From: Cetorhinus maximus
Lineage: Eukaryota
Assembly (NCBI RefSeq): GCF_964194155.1
Contig: NC_135909.1
Coordinates: forward strand, 12,090,001-12,154,000
Direction: 5' to 3'
DNA length: 64,000 nt
Shown here piece by piece: positions 51,703-63,971 of this stretch. The translations under genes were made by a program, and so were the position numbers. Numbering within the stretch: the stretch's first letter is position 1; every line of letters begins with the position of its first letter. The notes under the pieces were generated by a model. That model did no database searches. It was not told where the DNA came from and saw only the letters and a program-made list of their open reading frames with translations.

Positions 51703-51812
51703 AACTGATTTCTTCTCCGCCGATGCTGCCAGACTTGCTGAGTTTTTCCAGGTAATTCTGTTTTTGTTTTGGATTTCCAGCATCCGCAGTAGCTTTTAGC
51801 TTTTTGTTTTTA
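51703..51812 (+). mobile_element. PLE 3' module starting at the hammerhead cleavage position
   Basis: aactgatttcttctccgccgatgctgccagac...agcttttagctttttgttttta, near-identical to 5246-5355. Confidence 0.88.
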
Positions 51813-52194
51813 TCTTTGTGTTTGAGCAATGTTCATTCTTTTTTTGTTCAACAAGAGCACACGTATTCGGTGGCTCCCCCTGGCGACTCAATTCCACTTT
51901 GCAACACTCCCAAGAATGTAACAGACAGAGGACGACACAGAAGAGCAGTAAGAGACTGCCCGCACGCAAGACGATAGGAAGGCAAAGGAGCATGGAGTGA
52001 ATCACCATTAATGTAAAGGCGTTCTCTCTTGCATAAATATGTTCCACATTCGTAACGAATTTGCTGTTGACTAAATTAGCTCCCTGTGCATGTGTACTCT
52101 TGTTGAAATGTGTTGCGGTGTTTTAAGTGCTTTCCCGTTTTTTAAAAATATCTTCCCTGCTGTGCAACTTTGCTGTCTGCTTGGAACTGTGTTT

Positions 52195-52490
52195 ACTGCT
52201 GAGTTCAATCCCACCACGGCAGATGGTGGAACTTGAATCAATAAAACATCTGGAATTAAAATTCTAATGATGACCATGAAACCATTGTCGATTGTCGTAA
52301 GTATCCATCTGGTTCACTAATGTCCTCTAGGGAAGGAAATCTACCGCCCTTAACTTATCTGGCCTACATTTGACTCCAGACCCACAGCAATGTGTTTGAC
52401 TCTTAAATGCCTTCAGAACAAGGGCAATTAAGGTTGGGCAATAAATGCTGGCCGAGCCAGCGATGTCCACGTCCCATGGACAAATAGAAG
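52195..52490 (+). mobile_element. tRNA-derived SINE (5'-truncated) sharing its 3' tail with the L2/CR1-group LINE
   Basis: B-box gagttcaatccc, body ...catctggttcactaatgtcc..., tail gggcaataaatgctggcc. Confidence 0.75.
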
Positions 52491-52505
52491 AAAATAACTC
52501 TGCAC

Positions 52506-52621
52506 TCTGCTGTAGAACTGTGCTCTCTGCTGTAGTTCTGTCCTGTCTGCTGTAGAACTGTGCTCTCTGCTGCAGTCCTGTCCTGTCTGATGTGGAACTG
52601 TGCTCTCTGCTGTGGAACTGT
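52506..52621 (+). repeat. Minisatellite with alternating 20/21-bp units
   Basis: ctctgctgtagaactgtgct and ctctgctgtagttctgtcctg, about 5.5 units. Confidence 0.85.
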
Positions 52622-52939
52622 TAAGAGATATTCTCTGTTGTGTAAAATACTTTCCTGTCGAGCAAATCTGTTCCAGTCAGTGTAAACATGATCCCTCTTA
52701 TACTTTTTCCTTCTCCATTCTGTAAAATGTGACCTGATCAGAAGGTGTCCCCTGTTGTCCGAAGATATTACCTGTTGTTCTTTGAAGACGTTTTCTGTGG
52801 GTAAATATTTTCTTCCTGGTCTCATAATGTCCCCCAGTCGTGTTAAGATGTCTCGTATTATGTTTAGAATTTCCCATTTCCTATGTGAAAATCGTGATAT
52901 GCCACAACTGGACAGTTGTCAAATCTAAATTGCGTCAAT

Positions 52940-53630
52940 TAGCCTCTGGTCGTGAATTTGATTGTGGGATACATATCATGTCCATCAAACTCTTACTGTA
53001 TGTGAGCGAGATTTGTTCTGTATCTGTCAGTCACAGGTAGTGTCTCTGAGTGTAGGATTCATTCTGTATCTCAGTCTGTGGGACAGTTTGTGAGATAAAG
53101 GCAAAATACTGTGGATGCTAGAAATCTGAAACAAAAACAAAAAATGCTGGCCTGACAGCATTTACGGAGAGAAAGACAGAGTTAACGTTTCGAGTCCATG
53201 TGACTGTTCTTCAGAGCTGAAGAAGAGTCAGACTGGCTCATAACGTGAACACTGTCTTTCTCTCCACAGATGCTGTCTAGCCGACTGAGTCTTTCCAGTT
53301 TTTTATTTTCGTTTTGTTTTTGGACAGTTTGTGAGAGTGGGATTCCTTCTTTATGGGTCAATGTCTGGTACTGTATGTGAGGGTGGGATTAATTCTGTAT
53401 CAGTCATTGGCACAAAACGTCAATGTGTGAATCATTCTGTATTTATAATTTCTCATTACTGTTAGGGAAAATGGGATTAATCCTGTATCTGAATGTCTCT
53501 GGTATTCTATGTGAGCTTTGGCAGCATTATTCAGCACTCAGTTTCCCATACTTTGTGGGAGTTTGGAATTAATTTTGTTTCAGTGAGTGGTATTGTGTGG
53601 AAAGTATGATTCATTCTGTGTTGCTCAGTC
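52940..53630 (+). repeat. Degenerate satellite, plus orientation
   Basis: Recurrent gggattaattctgtatc...tgtgag. Confidence 0.75.
53096..53321. mobile_element. Head-to-head pair of PLE 3' modules with 15-bp TSD
   Basis: ggacagtttgtgaga at 53081-53095 and 53322-53336; centre ttcttcagagctgaagaa. Confidence 0.88.
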
Positions 53631-53634
53631 CCCC

Positions 53635-54640
53635 ATATCAATGGACTGGTCAGGTGCGCAGAAAAGTGGCAACTGGAATTCTACCTGGGGAAGTGTGAGG
53701 TGATGCACTTAGGGAGGTCAAACAAGGCAAAGAAAAACAAACTACACTGTTAATGGGAGAATGTTCAGAGTTGTATAGGAAGTGATGGAGTGAAAGTGAA
53801 TGTCCAAAGATCCTTGAATTATCAGCAGAGGTCGATAAGGTGGTTCAGGGGGCATGTAGAACAATTTCCTTTATTAGCTGACTATAGAATATAAGAGCGG
53901 GTGGAGGGCGGGTAATGCTGGAACTGTATAAGTCATTAGGCCACAACTTGAGTACCGTGTGCCTTCTGGTCATCTTATTACAGAAAGGATGTAATTGCTC
54001 TGGAGAGAATACAGAGGAGATTTATTGGGATGTTGCCAGCACTGGAAAAATAAAGCAATGAGGATATGTCAGGTAGGCTGCAGTAGTTCTCCATGGAACA
54101 GAGGAGGCTGAAAGGAGATTTAATTGAGATGTACATTATTGTGAGGGGCCTGAATAGAGCAAATGGGCAGGGCATATTTACCTTCACAAAGGGGTCAGTG
54201 ACCAGTGTGTACAGATTTAAAGTGATTCCTAGAAAGATTAGAGAGGAGCTGAGGATGTCTTTTTCACTCAGAGGTTATCCAGGGTCTGGAACTCACTGTC
54301 TGAACTGGTATCAGGGGCAGAAATTCTCAACTGATTGAAAAGGTGCCTGCATATGCTCCTCAAGTGCCATTACCTGCAAGACTATGGACCAAGTGCTGGA
54401 AAGTGGGAGAATCATGATATATAAAAAAGTAAAGATGCTGTGAGGGAACGCATTTTATTTCTCTCAGCAGCAAATTGCTGTGTTCCGGAATGTGTTTGCC
54501 TGAAAGACTGGTTCAATCAGATTCAAAAGTAAATTTTAAAAGGGAATTGGACAAATACAGAAATGAGGATATTTTTCGTGCAAGCAGAGGAGTTGGACTA
54601 ATTCGCTCCGAAAAGGTGGCACAGATGCTATGAGTCCAAA
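53635..54640 (+). mobile_element. Degenerate CR1 3' fragments
   Basis: gaagtgtgaggtgatgcac, MEQRRLKGDLIEMYIIVRG. Confidence 0.75.
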
Positions 54641-54694
54641 TATCACCGACTGCGCTAATATTATTCTCGAAATGGTGAACAATATATCCCAGAG

Positions 54695-54958
54695 TGCCAC
54701 GCGTAAGGGAATACGCCCTATCTCCATCAGAAGGGTCTCACTGCGCAGCTGCGGGAAGGCCAAGCCACCGGAAAACGCCTGCTGCGCGGAGCATGCGCGG
54801 TGCGGCACCAGGAAGCTGAATCTGGGTGATCGTTGCCTCATTAACACCGACTCTCACCGCCGCCGCCGCGGGGACGGGGAGCGGGTCGGCGCCGTGAAGC
54901 CGATGGTGCAGCGCCTCCCCCATCCTCACCGCTGCGTCCCGGATTCTCCCGTTTGTAC
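54695..54958. promoter_or_regulatory. Small CpG island with NRF1- and ETS-like motifs
   Basis: ccggaa ~54768, gcatgcgcg ~54791, (ccg)n run; very CpG-dense. Confidence 0.5.
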
Positions 54959-54959
54959 C

Positions 54960-55510
54960 GAGTCTTTGATGCGGTAACAGAGAGGGTTGGGGAGGGTGAT
55001 GCTGTTCATGTGGTTTACATGGATTTCCAAAAGGCATTTGATAAAGTCTCACACAACAGACTTGTCAACAAAGTTACAGCTCATGGAATAAAAGGGACAG
55101 AGCAACATGGATATGGGATTGGCTGAGTGACAGGAAACAGAGGGTAGTGGTGAATGGTTGTTTTTCAGACTGGAGGAAGGTTGAAAGCGGAGTTCCCCAG
55201 CGGTCGGTGTGAGGACCCCTGCACTTCCTGATATAAATGAATGGCCTAGACCTTGGTGTACAGAGCATCATTTCAAAATTTGGAGAGTTCATGAAAGTTG
55301 GAGGTATTATGAACAGTGAGGAAGATAGTGTTAAACTTCAACTGGATATAAGTGTAAAAACAGAAAATGCTGGAAAAACTCAGTTCTGACATCATAATCT
55401 GTGGAGTGAGAAACAGAGTTAACTTTTCAATTCTGTATGACCCTTCTTCAGAGCTAAAGATATAGACAGGATATAGGCAGGTTGGTGGAATGGGTAGACA
55501 AGTGGCAGTG
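54960..55510 (+). mobile_element. CR1 RT fragment interrupted by a minus-strand PLE module (55352-55458)
   Basis: FDAVTERVGEGDAVHVVYMDFQKAFDKVSH; module with cccttcttcagagc. Confidence 0.8.
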
Positions 55511-56344
55511 GTAAAAGTTTGGGATCAGAATGCCTTGGGGCCGACCCTGGGGAATATGCACACTCTGTGCCTGGGAAAGTCAATGTATTGGATACAGCGG
55601 TTTCTCGGGCAAAGAATTGTGGGAGTTGCAGCCACCATGAGCAGATGTCAGTAAGTGTTTTATTACAGGCTGATTGTCCTGAAATGTGAACTCTGTTTCT
55701 CTCTCCACAGATGCTGCCTACCTGCTGCATATTTGCAGAATTTTCTGTCTTTATTTAAGACTCCCAGCAGCCACATGATTTTGACAGTGAATTATTGCAG
55801 TTGTTGCTCACAAAACCAAAGGCCAGAAACACAAACTGACAAATGAGGCGTCCTTTTGCATCAGGGTGGATGTTGGGCATGGAAGTCGGTCTCTCGCTTT
55901 CTGTGAAGGTATGTTCTTGTTGGCTGACTTTCAACTGGAGTGTAGATGGAGGAGTAGTTGATGTGTTTCACCTTGAGTACTTTTGAGACCAGTAGAGCCT
56001 ATCTATTTCTGATAAAAGGACACGAGCAAAAATCATTAGCTGTTTCCTGTACTGTAAGAGACTGACAAAGTAAATTCCATACTCTGATTTGGTGACAGAG
56101 AGTGACAGACTGAGTTAATTCCACCCAGAGTCATATACTGTAAGAGAGATTGACAGGTAGTTCATTCATAGAATCATAGAACGGTCACAGTCCAGGAGGT
56201 GGCCATTCAACCTGTCATGTCTGTGCTGGTTATATTCATCTTGTGCCACTTCACCACCTTTTCCTGTAGCTCTGCACATTTTTCCTTTTCAGTTAATCCA
56301 AATCTCTTTTGAAGACATTGTTTGAACCTGCCTCCATCACACTA

Positions 56345-58655
56345 CATAAGAACATAAGAAATAGGAGCAAGAGTTAGCCATTTGTCCACCCTAGCCTTCA
56401 ATGCCATTCAATAAGATCATGGATGATCTGATTGTGGCCTTTGTTATTCACAATAAGAAGTTGTGGTGGAAGAATTAATCCAGGCTGGTCTTTTTGTTCA
56501 TGCTGGTTTATTTTCAAGACAGCTCCTCAGTGCTACAGACTTCCAAGTAGCTTCCCCACAAAGTGTTTCAGCTGCATCTTTTTATTCTGTTTAGGTGGGA
56601 TAATCAATGCCCGTCACCTGTTTAACTAACAGTAACAAGGCTTTTGTCATTCAAAAATCTGTGTAATTCAGCTTTGAACATATTCAATGACCCTGCATCC
56701 ACTGCTGTCTGAGGTAGAGAATTTCAAAGATTAAAGATCCTTTGAGAGAAGAAATTTCTCCTCATCTTTGTCTTAAGAAGGAGACCCATCATTTTGAAAC
56801 TGTGCCCCCCCACCTTGTTCTAGATTCCCCCATGAGGGGAAACACCCTCTCAGCATCTTTCCCTCTCAGAACATTTTAAGATCTAATAAGATTACCTCTC
56901 ATTCTTCTAAACTTAAATGACTATTGGCCCAAACTGCTCAATGTTTCCTCAAGGGACAACCCCTCATCCCAGGAATAAACCGAGTGAACCTTCTCTGAAC
57001 TACTTTTTTTTTTGGAAAAATATACTTTATTCATAAAATATCTGAAAGAACATTACAAAACATTTCCAAATGGCCATCACAAAAAGTGCAATCATATTCA
57101 ACTTTTCCACATGGATCACGAGGAGCAATTAATACCAGCAATGAACATTACAGTATTTTCAATATGGTCATCACAGACAGTCAGACAGTGCAATGGTATT
57201 GGAGTTATCGATATACAACATGTTGCACTCTGAAGTGCTTCAATATAATTGAGACACATGTCGCTTTCACTATATACATTCCTTGTGAGTCATACAGTCG
57301 AGGGGTCCATACAATTCCCAGCCCCTCGGTGCACTATGGCAGAAAGGTCTTAGACAGTGACCTTTCCCCATTGCGCCTTTGTGACGGCTGTCCCAAGCTT
57401 TAGTGCATCCCTCAGCACATAGTCCTGGACCTTGGAATGTGCCAGTCTGCAACATTCAGTCAGGGGCAACTCTTTGCACTGGAAGATCAACAAGTTTCGG
57501 GCAGACCAAAGGGCATCTTTTACCAAGTTGATGATCCTCCAGCTGCAGTTGATGTTTGTCTCGTTGTGTGTCCCTGGGAACAGCCCATAGAGCACAGCAT
57601 CCTGTGTCACAGAACTGCTCGGGATGAACCTCGACAAAAACCGCTGCATCTCTCCCCAGACTTTCCACAAAGGCACATTTCACAAGGAGGTGAACAATGG
57701 TCACTTCCCCACTACAGCCACCTCAAGGGCAGCGTGCGGAGGGGGTGAGACTCCTGGCGTGCAGGAAGGATCTGATAGGGAGGGCCTTTCTCACCACCAG
57801 CCAAGCTACATCTTGGTGCTTGTTGGAAAGTTCTGGTGATGAGGCATTCTGCCAAATGACTTTGACAGTCTACTCGGGGAACCACCCGACAGGATCCACC
57901 ATCTCCTTTTCCCGCAGGGCCTCTAGGACATTACGTGCCGACCACTGTCTGAAGGACTTGTGGTCAAAAGTATTTCTCTGCATAAATTCTTCCACAAGGG
58001 ACAGGTGGTATGGCATGGTCCAACAACTTGGAGCGTTCCGCGGCAGCGTGGCCAGACCCATCCTTCGCAACACCAGGGACAGGTAGAACCTCAGCACGTA
58101 GTGACACTTGGTGTTTGTGAACCGGGGGTCTACGCACAGTTTGATGCAGCCACACACAAAGGTGGCCATCAGAATGATGGCGATGTTGGGCATATGTCGC
58201 TCCTTCGACAAGATGACCAAAACTGTCCACAGTGTTCGAGCTGTAGTCTCACCAATGCCCTGTACAGTTGTAGCAAGGCATCTCTGCTTTCATTCTCCAT
58301 TGTCTTTGCAATAAAGACCAACATTCCATTTGCATTCCTAATTACTTGCTCGAGCTACATGTTAACTTTTTGTGATTCATGTCCAGGATCTGTCTGAACC
58401 GCAGTATTTTGCAATCTCTTCACATTCATATAATGATCTGCTTTTCTATTTGTCCCACCAAAGTGGAAATCCTCTCATTTTCTGACAGTATAGTCCACGT
58501 GCCACATTTTTCCCACTGACTTAACATATCTATATTGTTTTGTAGATTCTGTGTCCTCCTCACAACTTCCTTTCCCACCTATCCATGTACTGTCAGCAAC
58601 TTTGTCTAGTCTGTCCTTTCATCTGAGTCATTAATATAAATTGTAAATAGCTGAG
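56345..58655 (-). mobile_element. CR1 3' half interrupted by a Tx1-type element
   Basis: Tail cataagaacataagaaataggagc at 56345; CR1 sequence resumes at about 58195. Confidence 0.78.
57004..58192 (-). mobile_element. 5'-truncated Tx1/L1-clade LINE (C-terminal zinc-knuckle region, polyA tail)
   Basis: CHYVLRFYLS...WSARNVLEAL...VDPVGWFPE...RCP.GGC...TIVHLLVKC...KDALWSARN; AATAAA plus A-tail at 57004-57032 on the minus strand. Confidence 0.8.
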
Positions 58656-58659
58656 AACC

Positions 58660-60450
58660 CAGCAGGGGGAAGGGAGTGAGCCAGAGGTTGTCGTACACGT
58701 CGGTATCAATGACACGGGGAGGACAGGTATTGAGCTCCCTCAGTCAGAATTCCAGCACCTAGAGAGGTAGTTAAAAAGTGGGCCCTCAAAGGGAGTAATC
58801 TCGGGATTACTGCCAGTGCCACGTGCTAGTGAGAGTAGAAATGTGAAGATGGGGAGAATCGATATGTGGTTTGAGGCTGGTGCAGGAGGGAGGGATTCAG
58901 GTTCTTGGGACATTGGGACCAGTTCAGGGGCAGGAAACACCTATTCAAAAGGAACAGGTTGCACCTTAATAGGACTGGGACCAATTTCCTCATGGGGAGA
59001 GGCACTTGTGTGATTCAGGAGGGTTTGAACTAAATAGGCACGGGGTGGACATCAGTATATAGAAGCAGAGCTGAGGAATAACTGTGGAAGAAGTGGGAAC
59101 ATACAAGATAGGAGTAGATGAAGAAGGAATCTAAGAGCGATACAAGGACATGTGTATTATGGCATAAAGTGTGGTGAATAATGTTGATGAGCTAGAAGCA
59201 CAAATTGCCATGTGGGAATATGATGTCGTGGCAATGATGAAAACGTGGTTTAAAAATGGTGAGGACTGGGTGCTTAATTTTCACTGATGCAAAGTGTTCA
59301 GAAAAGATAGAGAAGGGAAAAGGGAGGTGGGATGGCAGTACTAATTAAGGAAGTCACTGTAATCTTGGTAAGAGACAATATCCTCAAAAGGACAAGGGCA
59401 GAATTCATTTATTGGAGCTGAGGAATAATAAGAGGATGATCACACTCACGGGGATATTCAATTGGCCTCCAAAAAGGTGAGAGAGAGGGAGATAGAGGAG
59501 CACATCTGCAGGGAAATCACACCATGTGGGACTCTCAATGACGGTGACAGAAATGCCTGTCTGTCCCCCTGACTATGAAATCTCCACTAATGACTGCATT
59601 TCTACTCTTTGCTGTTCCCTCCTGTGCAGTTTCTTGCCCATTGATGCCATTGTCTGGACTGCACTCCTTCTGGGTGTCACCATTCCCAGCAGTCTCCAAT
59701 GCCGAATACCGGTTTGACAGTGGCACACAACCCGAACACTCCTGCATTTCCTGCCATTTCCTCCTCTTCCGGATTGCCACTCATCTACTATCCTGACCTC
59801 TCTCTCTCTCCCTTTGAGGTGTTCAGCTCCTGGAATGTACGATCCAGCGATCTCTCATCCTCCCTGATTCTCCACAGTGACTCCAGCTGCCCCTCAAGCT
59901 CGGAAATCCTGAGCTCGAGCTCGAGCAGCTGGAGACACTTCCTGCACATGTGGCTCCCAAGACATATGAAGTGTCCTGAGGTTCCCACATGGGGCAGGAA
60001 CTGCAAACAACAGGTCTCAGCTGCCCATCCATGATCGAAAACAAACCTCTATTCCCTCTTTTAGAATCCAGTTTGCACCTTGTTTAAATTGTTATTTATA
60101 TTAAATACCTCAAGACCTGTTCTGCACTAATACTCTTATAATTGCCCTGATTGAAATGTTTAATTTTCCAGCTCCTCGTTTAATCAATGCCTCATTTTGA
60201 GAAATCTGCACAAACCAACCAGCTCCCTTCTTTCCCCTGATATCATGCTTTGACTATTTATTACAAACATGGCCGGTTTGCTCCAACCCCTCCCTCACAG
60301 CTCTTTATCCCCCCCCACCGCTCTCACTCTTCTCTCCTTCTCTCTCTCACTGCTGCTCTCGGGCTGCTCTGCCGCTGCTCTTTATCCACCCTCCAGCCTC
60401 ACTCAGCTCTCACTCTCCTTCTCGGCTCCTCCACAGTCCCAAGTTTCTGA
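58660..60450. mobile_element. CR1 5' part: ORF1 Zn-finger/leucine zipper and esterase start (minus, 59522-60450), esterase remainder and EN (plus, 58660-59520)
   Basis: VVCSSCPMWE...MCRKCLQLLELELRISELEGQL, PLSNRYSAL, GDFIVRG; VVVHVGIND; EN motifs. Confidence 0.8.
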
Positions 60451-60479
60451 CTGTTTAGGAAATTCGCTGATCTTTCTTT

Positions 60480-61610
60480 GCTCCAAGATGGGAGACCTCA
60501 CACTTCCCCATATTGACCACCTTCGGCCAGTTTTGTTCACTCACGGAATCTGTCAATGAGCCTTTGAAACTTGCTGCTCCTGCCTACACTACTAACCATG
60601 TCACCTAACCTAGTGCCATCAGCAAGCTTGGATATAGGCTGGAATTATTTCAAATTGAAGAGCTCTGGGAATGCAAACACAACAGCCAGCTGACGTGACA
60701 GAGAATCAGTTCAGTATAAATCTCTCCAGGCTGAAAAACAGCCATTCACCACTACTTTCTCCTTTCTGTCCCTTATTCAATTTTACATCCATGTTGCACC
60801 TGCCCCTTTAGTCCCGTCTGCTTGAATTTTACTAACAAGTCTTTTTCAAACCTCTTTGGAAATCCTGACAAACACCATCAACCTCACTATCCTGGGCAAT
60901 GTTCTTTGAAACTTCATCAAAGAACTTCATTAAGTATTTGCCATGGTTTTCTGTTAACCAATCTGTGCTGGTTGTCATTTATCAACCCATGTTCTACCAA
61001 GTGACAATGAATTTTGTCCTGGATTATTGTGTCTCAATGTTTCCCCACCACCAACATTAGACTAACTGGTCTGTTGTTCCTAGCTTTTTCCCTCTCCATT
61101 ATAAACATGGATGTTAAATTAACAACCTGCAGTTCTCCGGCTTCACTCCCATATCCAAGGAGGTTTGAAAGATTGTGGCTCGAGCTTCCTCTATTTTCCC
61201 CCTTCCTTCCCTCAGGAATCCAGGATGTATCCCATCCAGGTTATGTGACGTATTTACTGTGAACGCTGCCAATCTTGTGATGGCCTCCTCTTTATCTATT
61301 TTCATCCTATCCAATTTCTCCACCAGCTCCTCCTTTACTGGGAGATTAGCAGCATCCGCTTGTTTCGTGATGACAGATGAACTGTTCTCATTTAGTACCT
61401 CAGCCCTCTGCCGCCACAGGATCTTCTAATCAGCTGACCTTTTCAGTAACTGTCTATACATTGGTAAAAGACTTCTGTTTTTGGTTAGGTTACCTTCTAA
61501 TCTTTTCTCATACACTCTCTTGGCTGACCTAATTTCCTATTTCAGCTCTCCTCTGTGCTTTCTATATTCTGTTTGGTTCTCTAATGTATTATGAATCTGA
61601 CAATTATCAT
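60480..61610 (-). mobile_element. Degenerate CR1 ORF2
   Basis: DGIHPGFLRE...IFQTSLDMGVKPENCR, and an NRPVSL-like motif. Confidence 0.7.
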
Positions 61611-62659
61611 CAAGCTTCTTTGCAGTTCCCACAGAGCACAGGATGTGTAGGCAACAGCTCTCAGCTGTCCCAACACTTCACTGAAATGAGCCATTTAATT
61701 AAAGTTCTTGTTATTTAGATTGTTCCTCTCTTTCTCTCTTCTACTTTTGCTGTTGTCTCTCGGTTTCAATTACACATCAGCTCCTTCCCCGTCTGCACCT
61801 AATCCCCACTCTCCACAAAATCCACATTTTAAACTCTTCACTCTGCAATTCACTCTCTCTGTGTTTGAGCTTGCTGGTCACTCTGGTACTTTTTGTAAAA
61901 TAATTGTTCTACTTTATTTATTCGAAAACAGTTTGTTTTTAAATTATCAATTCATTTGCACTGTAATTCTAGTTCATCGGAATTCAATGTTTCAATAAAT
62001 TGGAACTCAAGAAAATCTAGAGATGACTTACTTGTTCTGCAATGGCGTGTCTATTCCACTTAGTTCATTAAACCCTGTTCTAAACAGAAAGCTTAATCCA
62101 GATAATATCTCGACCTGATGAACTGATGATGCACAGAACTCTCAGCTTTTTACAGGAGTTATTCCGCTTTTGATTTTAACTTGTTCGCTGGTGTCGATTT
62201 ACTTGGATTCTTCACCTGATTTCTCTGCTGTCCAATGAAGTTCTCCCAGCAGAGTTCTCAATAATAATTTGATTTTTCCTCACAGGATTTCAATCTTGAT
62301 GGTTTTTGAATTGTTTTATTAAAGGATTTAGTTTTGTAACTAGCTCTAACTCCCTAGCTCTCCTCATGATCAGACAGGAAGTTTCACTGCTGCGTTTTCA
62401 AGCAGCTGACAGCTTAATTTGAAAAATCATTGAGACAGGATTTTGGGTTTGAATCCAGTCACAAATCTGGTTGTGATGCCTTGTGGCTCCAGCTGTCATG
62501 TGACCTGCCAGGGGATGACCTCATAATTGCCCCAGTCATGTAGCTGTTGATTGGTCGATTTCTTAAACACTTTCACTGGGACTGACCTGGTCGCAGTCGC
62601 CTTTGGAACGCAACGGTGTTTTTTTTCAAATCCCACACCGGAATTTGTATGTAACAAAG

Positions 62660-62932
62660 AAGACTGATACTCTAGTACAGCACTGAGGGAGGGCTCCACT
62701 ATTCGAGGTGCTATCCTTCAGAAGACCCATTAAAACGAAGCTCCCTCCAGCCTCTCATTTTGTTGTAAGTGATTCCATGGTGCTCTGCCGAAGACCCGAG
62801 CAGTGGCGTTATTCTCCTCCTCCCTGCCTGCGCAGTCGCTGATATTTATGTCTCAATCAACAGCCCAAGACATGGTCACATTGGTGCCTATGGAGGTTTC
62901 CTATGTGCAAGTTAGCTGCCTCTTTCTGACAG
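62660..62932 (+). mobile_element. DeuSINE-family fragment (inverted paralog of 6285-6525)
   Basis: ctgatactctagtacagcactgagggagggctccactattcgaggtgct...gatatttatgtctcaatcaaca. Confidence 0.75.
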
Positions 62933-63439
62933 AAAGTGTTTGTTCCTTTTCCCTGGATGAGTTTCAGTTTTGCACAAATAAAACATTAAATTTGACTGAA
63001 AACTCAACTCAGGTGGGACTCAAAATCACAACCAATGCATTAGTAATAAAGGATAGAGGGTTTAATTGATCAGAGTGTGTGATGAACTAATGCTTTCTGT
63101 ATTAAGTACCGATTTCATTGAGATAATATGAGAGAGAGGGAAACAGCTGGATTTTAATTCCAATCCTATGGCTACTATTCCCAAAAACACCATGGAATTG
63201 GGTCAACAGGCAGATGTTCCTGCATTAAAATACCCAAATACTGATCAAAGGATTCACAGCTGGTAAAATCTGGGAAATGCAGCTTGGATAGGATACTGCA
63301 ACATTTACTGGGAGCTGCGCTGTGTGTAGGATTCTAGTTCTGAACTGGAGATTTTCAATATTGAGAGAATAACAGCATCAACAAATTTGGACAGGGCTGC
63401 ACCTCGTTTCAGTTCCCTCCAATAACTATTGAGCACAGA

Positions 63440-63885
63440 TCCGGAGTTAACCCTAGAATCATAACCCACATCAAAGATTGAGATTGATAAAATAAACCTC
63501 ACATTCACATAGAAAATCGGACAGGGTGAACTACTGAACAAATCCATCATGTTACCAGGCACTGACAAACTGCACAATACACACACAGCACCAGAGCCTG
63601 ACAGATACAGAATGAAGCCCATTACTCACAGCACCAGCGACTGACCAGTACAGAATAAATCACCCACTCACTACAGTAACGGAGACAGACAAATGCAGAA
63701 TGAATCCCACATCACACACAGTACAGCTGACCAGTAGATACAGAATACATCTGATACCGTTTGACATTCAGAAGTTGAGAATGAATCAGACTTTCACACG
63801 GTGCCAAACACTGAGACGCAGAGGAATCATAAGCACACGTTCAGACTCAAAGTCTGACAGAGACAGAATGAATCCCACAGTCATT
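63440..63885 (-). repeat. Degenerate satellite, minus orientation
   Basis: Recurrent gacagatacagaatgaatcccaca; similar to the reverse complement of 31950-32340. Confidence 0.75.
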
Positions 63886-63899
63886 AATGAAAATGAAAA

Positions 63900-63971
63900 T
63901 AGCAGAAGATGGTTTCAATCCATCGAGCTCTGGGTTATGGGCCCAGCATGCTTCCGCTGAGCCACTCTGCT
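63900..63971 (-). pseudogene. tRNA-iMet: Initiator tRNA-Met pseudogene
   Basis: AGCAGAGTGGCTCAGCGGAAGCATGCTGGGCCCATAACCCAGAGCTCGATGGATTGAAACCATCTTCTGCTA; D-stem disrupted and B-box C56T. Confidence 0.88.

Noticed and set aside
54904-54977. MVQRL... start resembling RPL34, with a gtaaca donor
   Set aside because: Similarity ends after five residues; the apparent donor is CR1 RT sequence (FDAVTERV).
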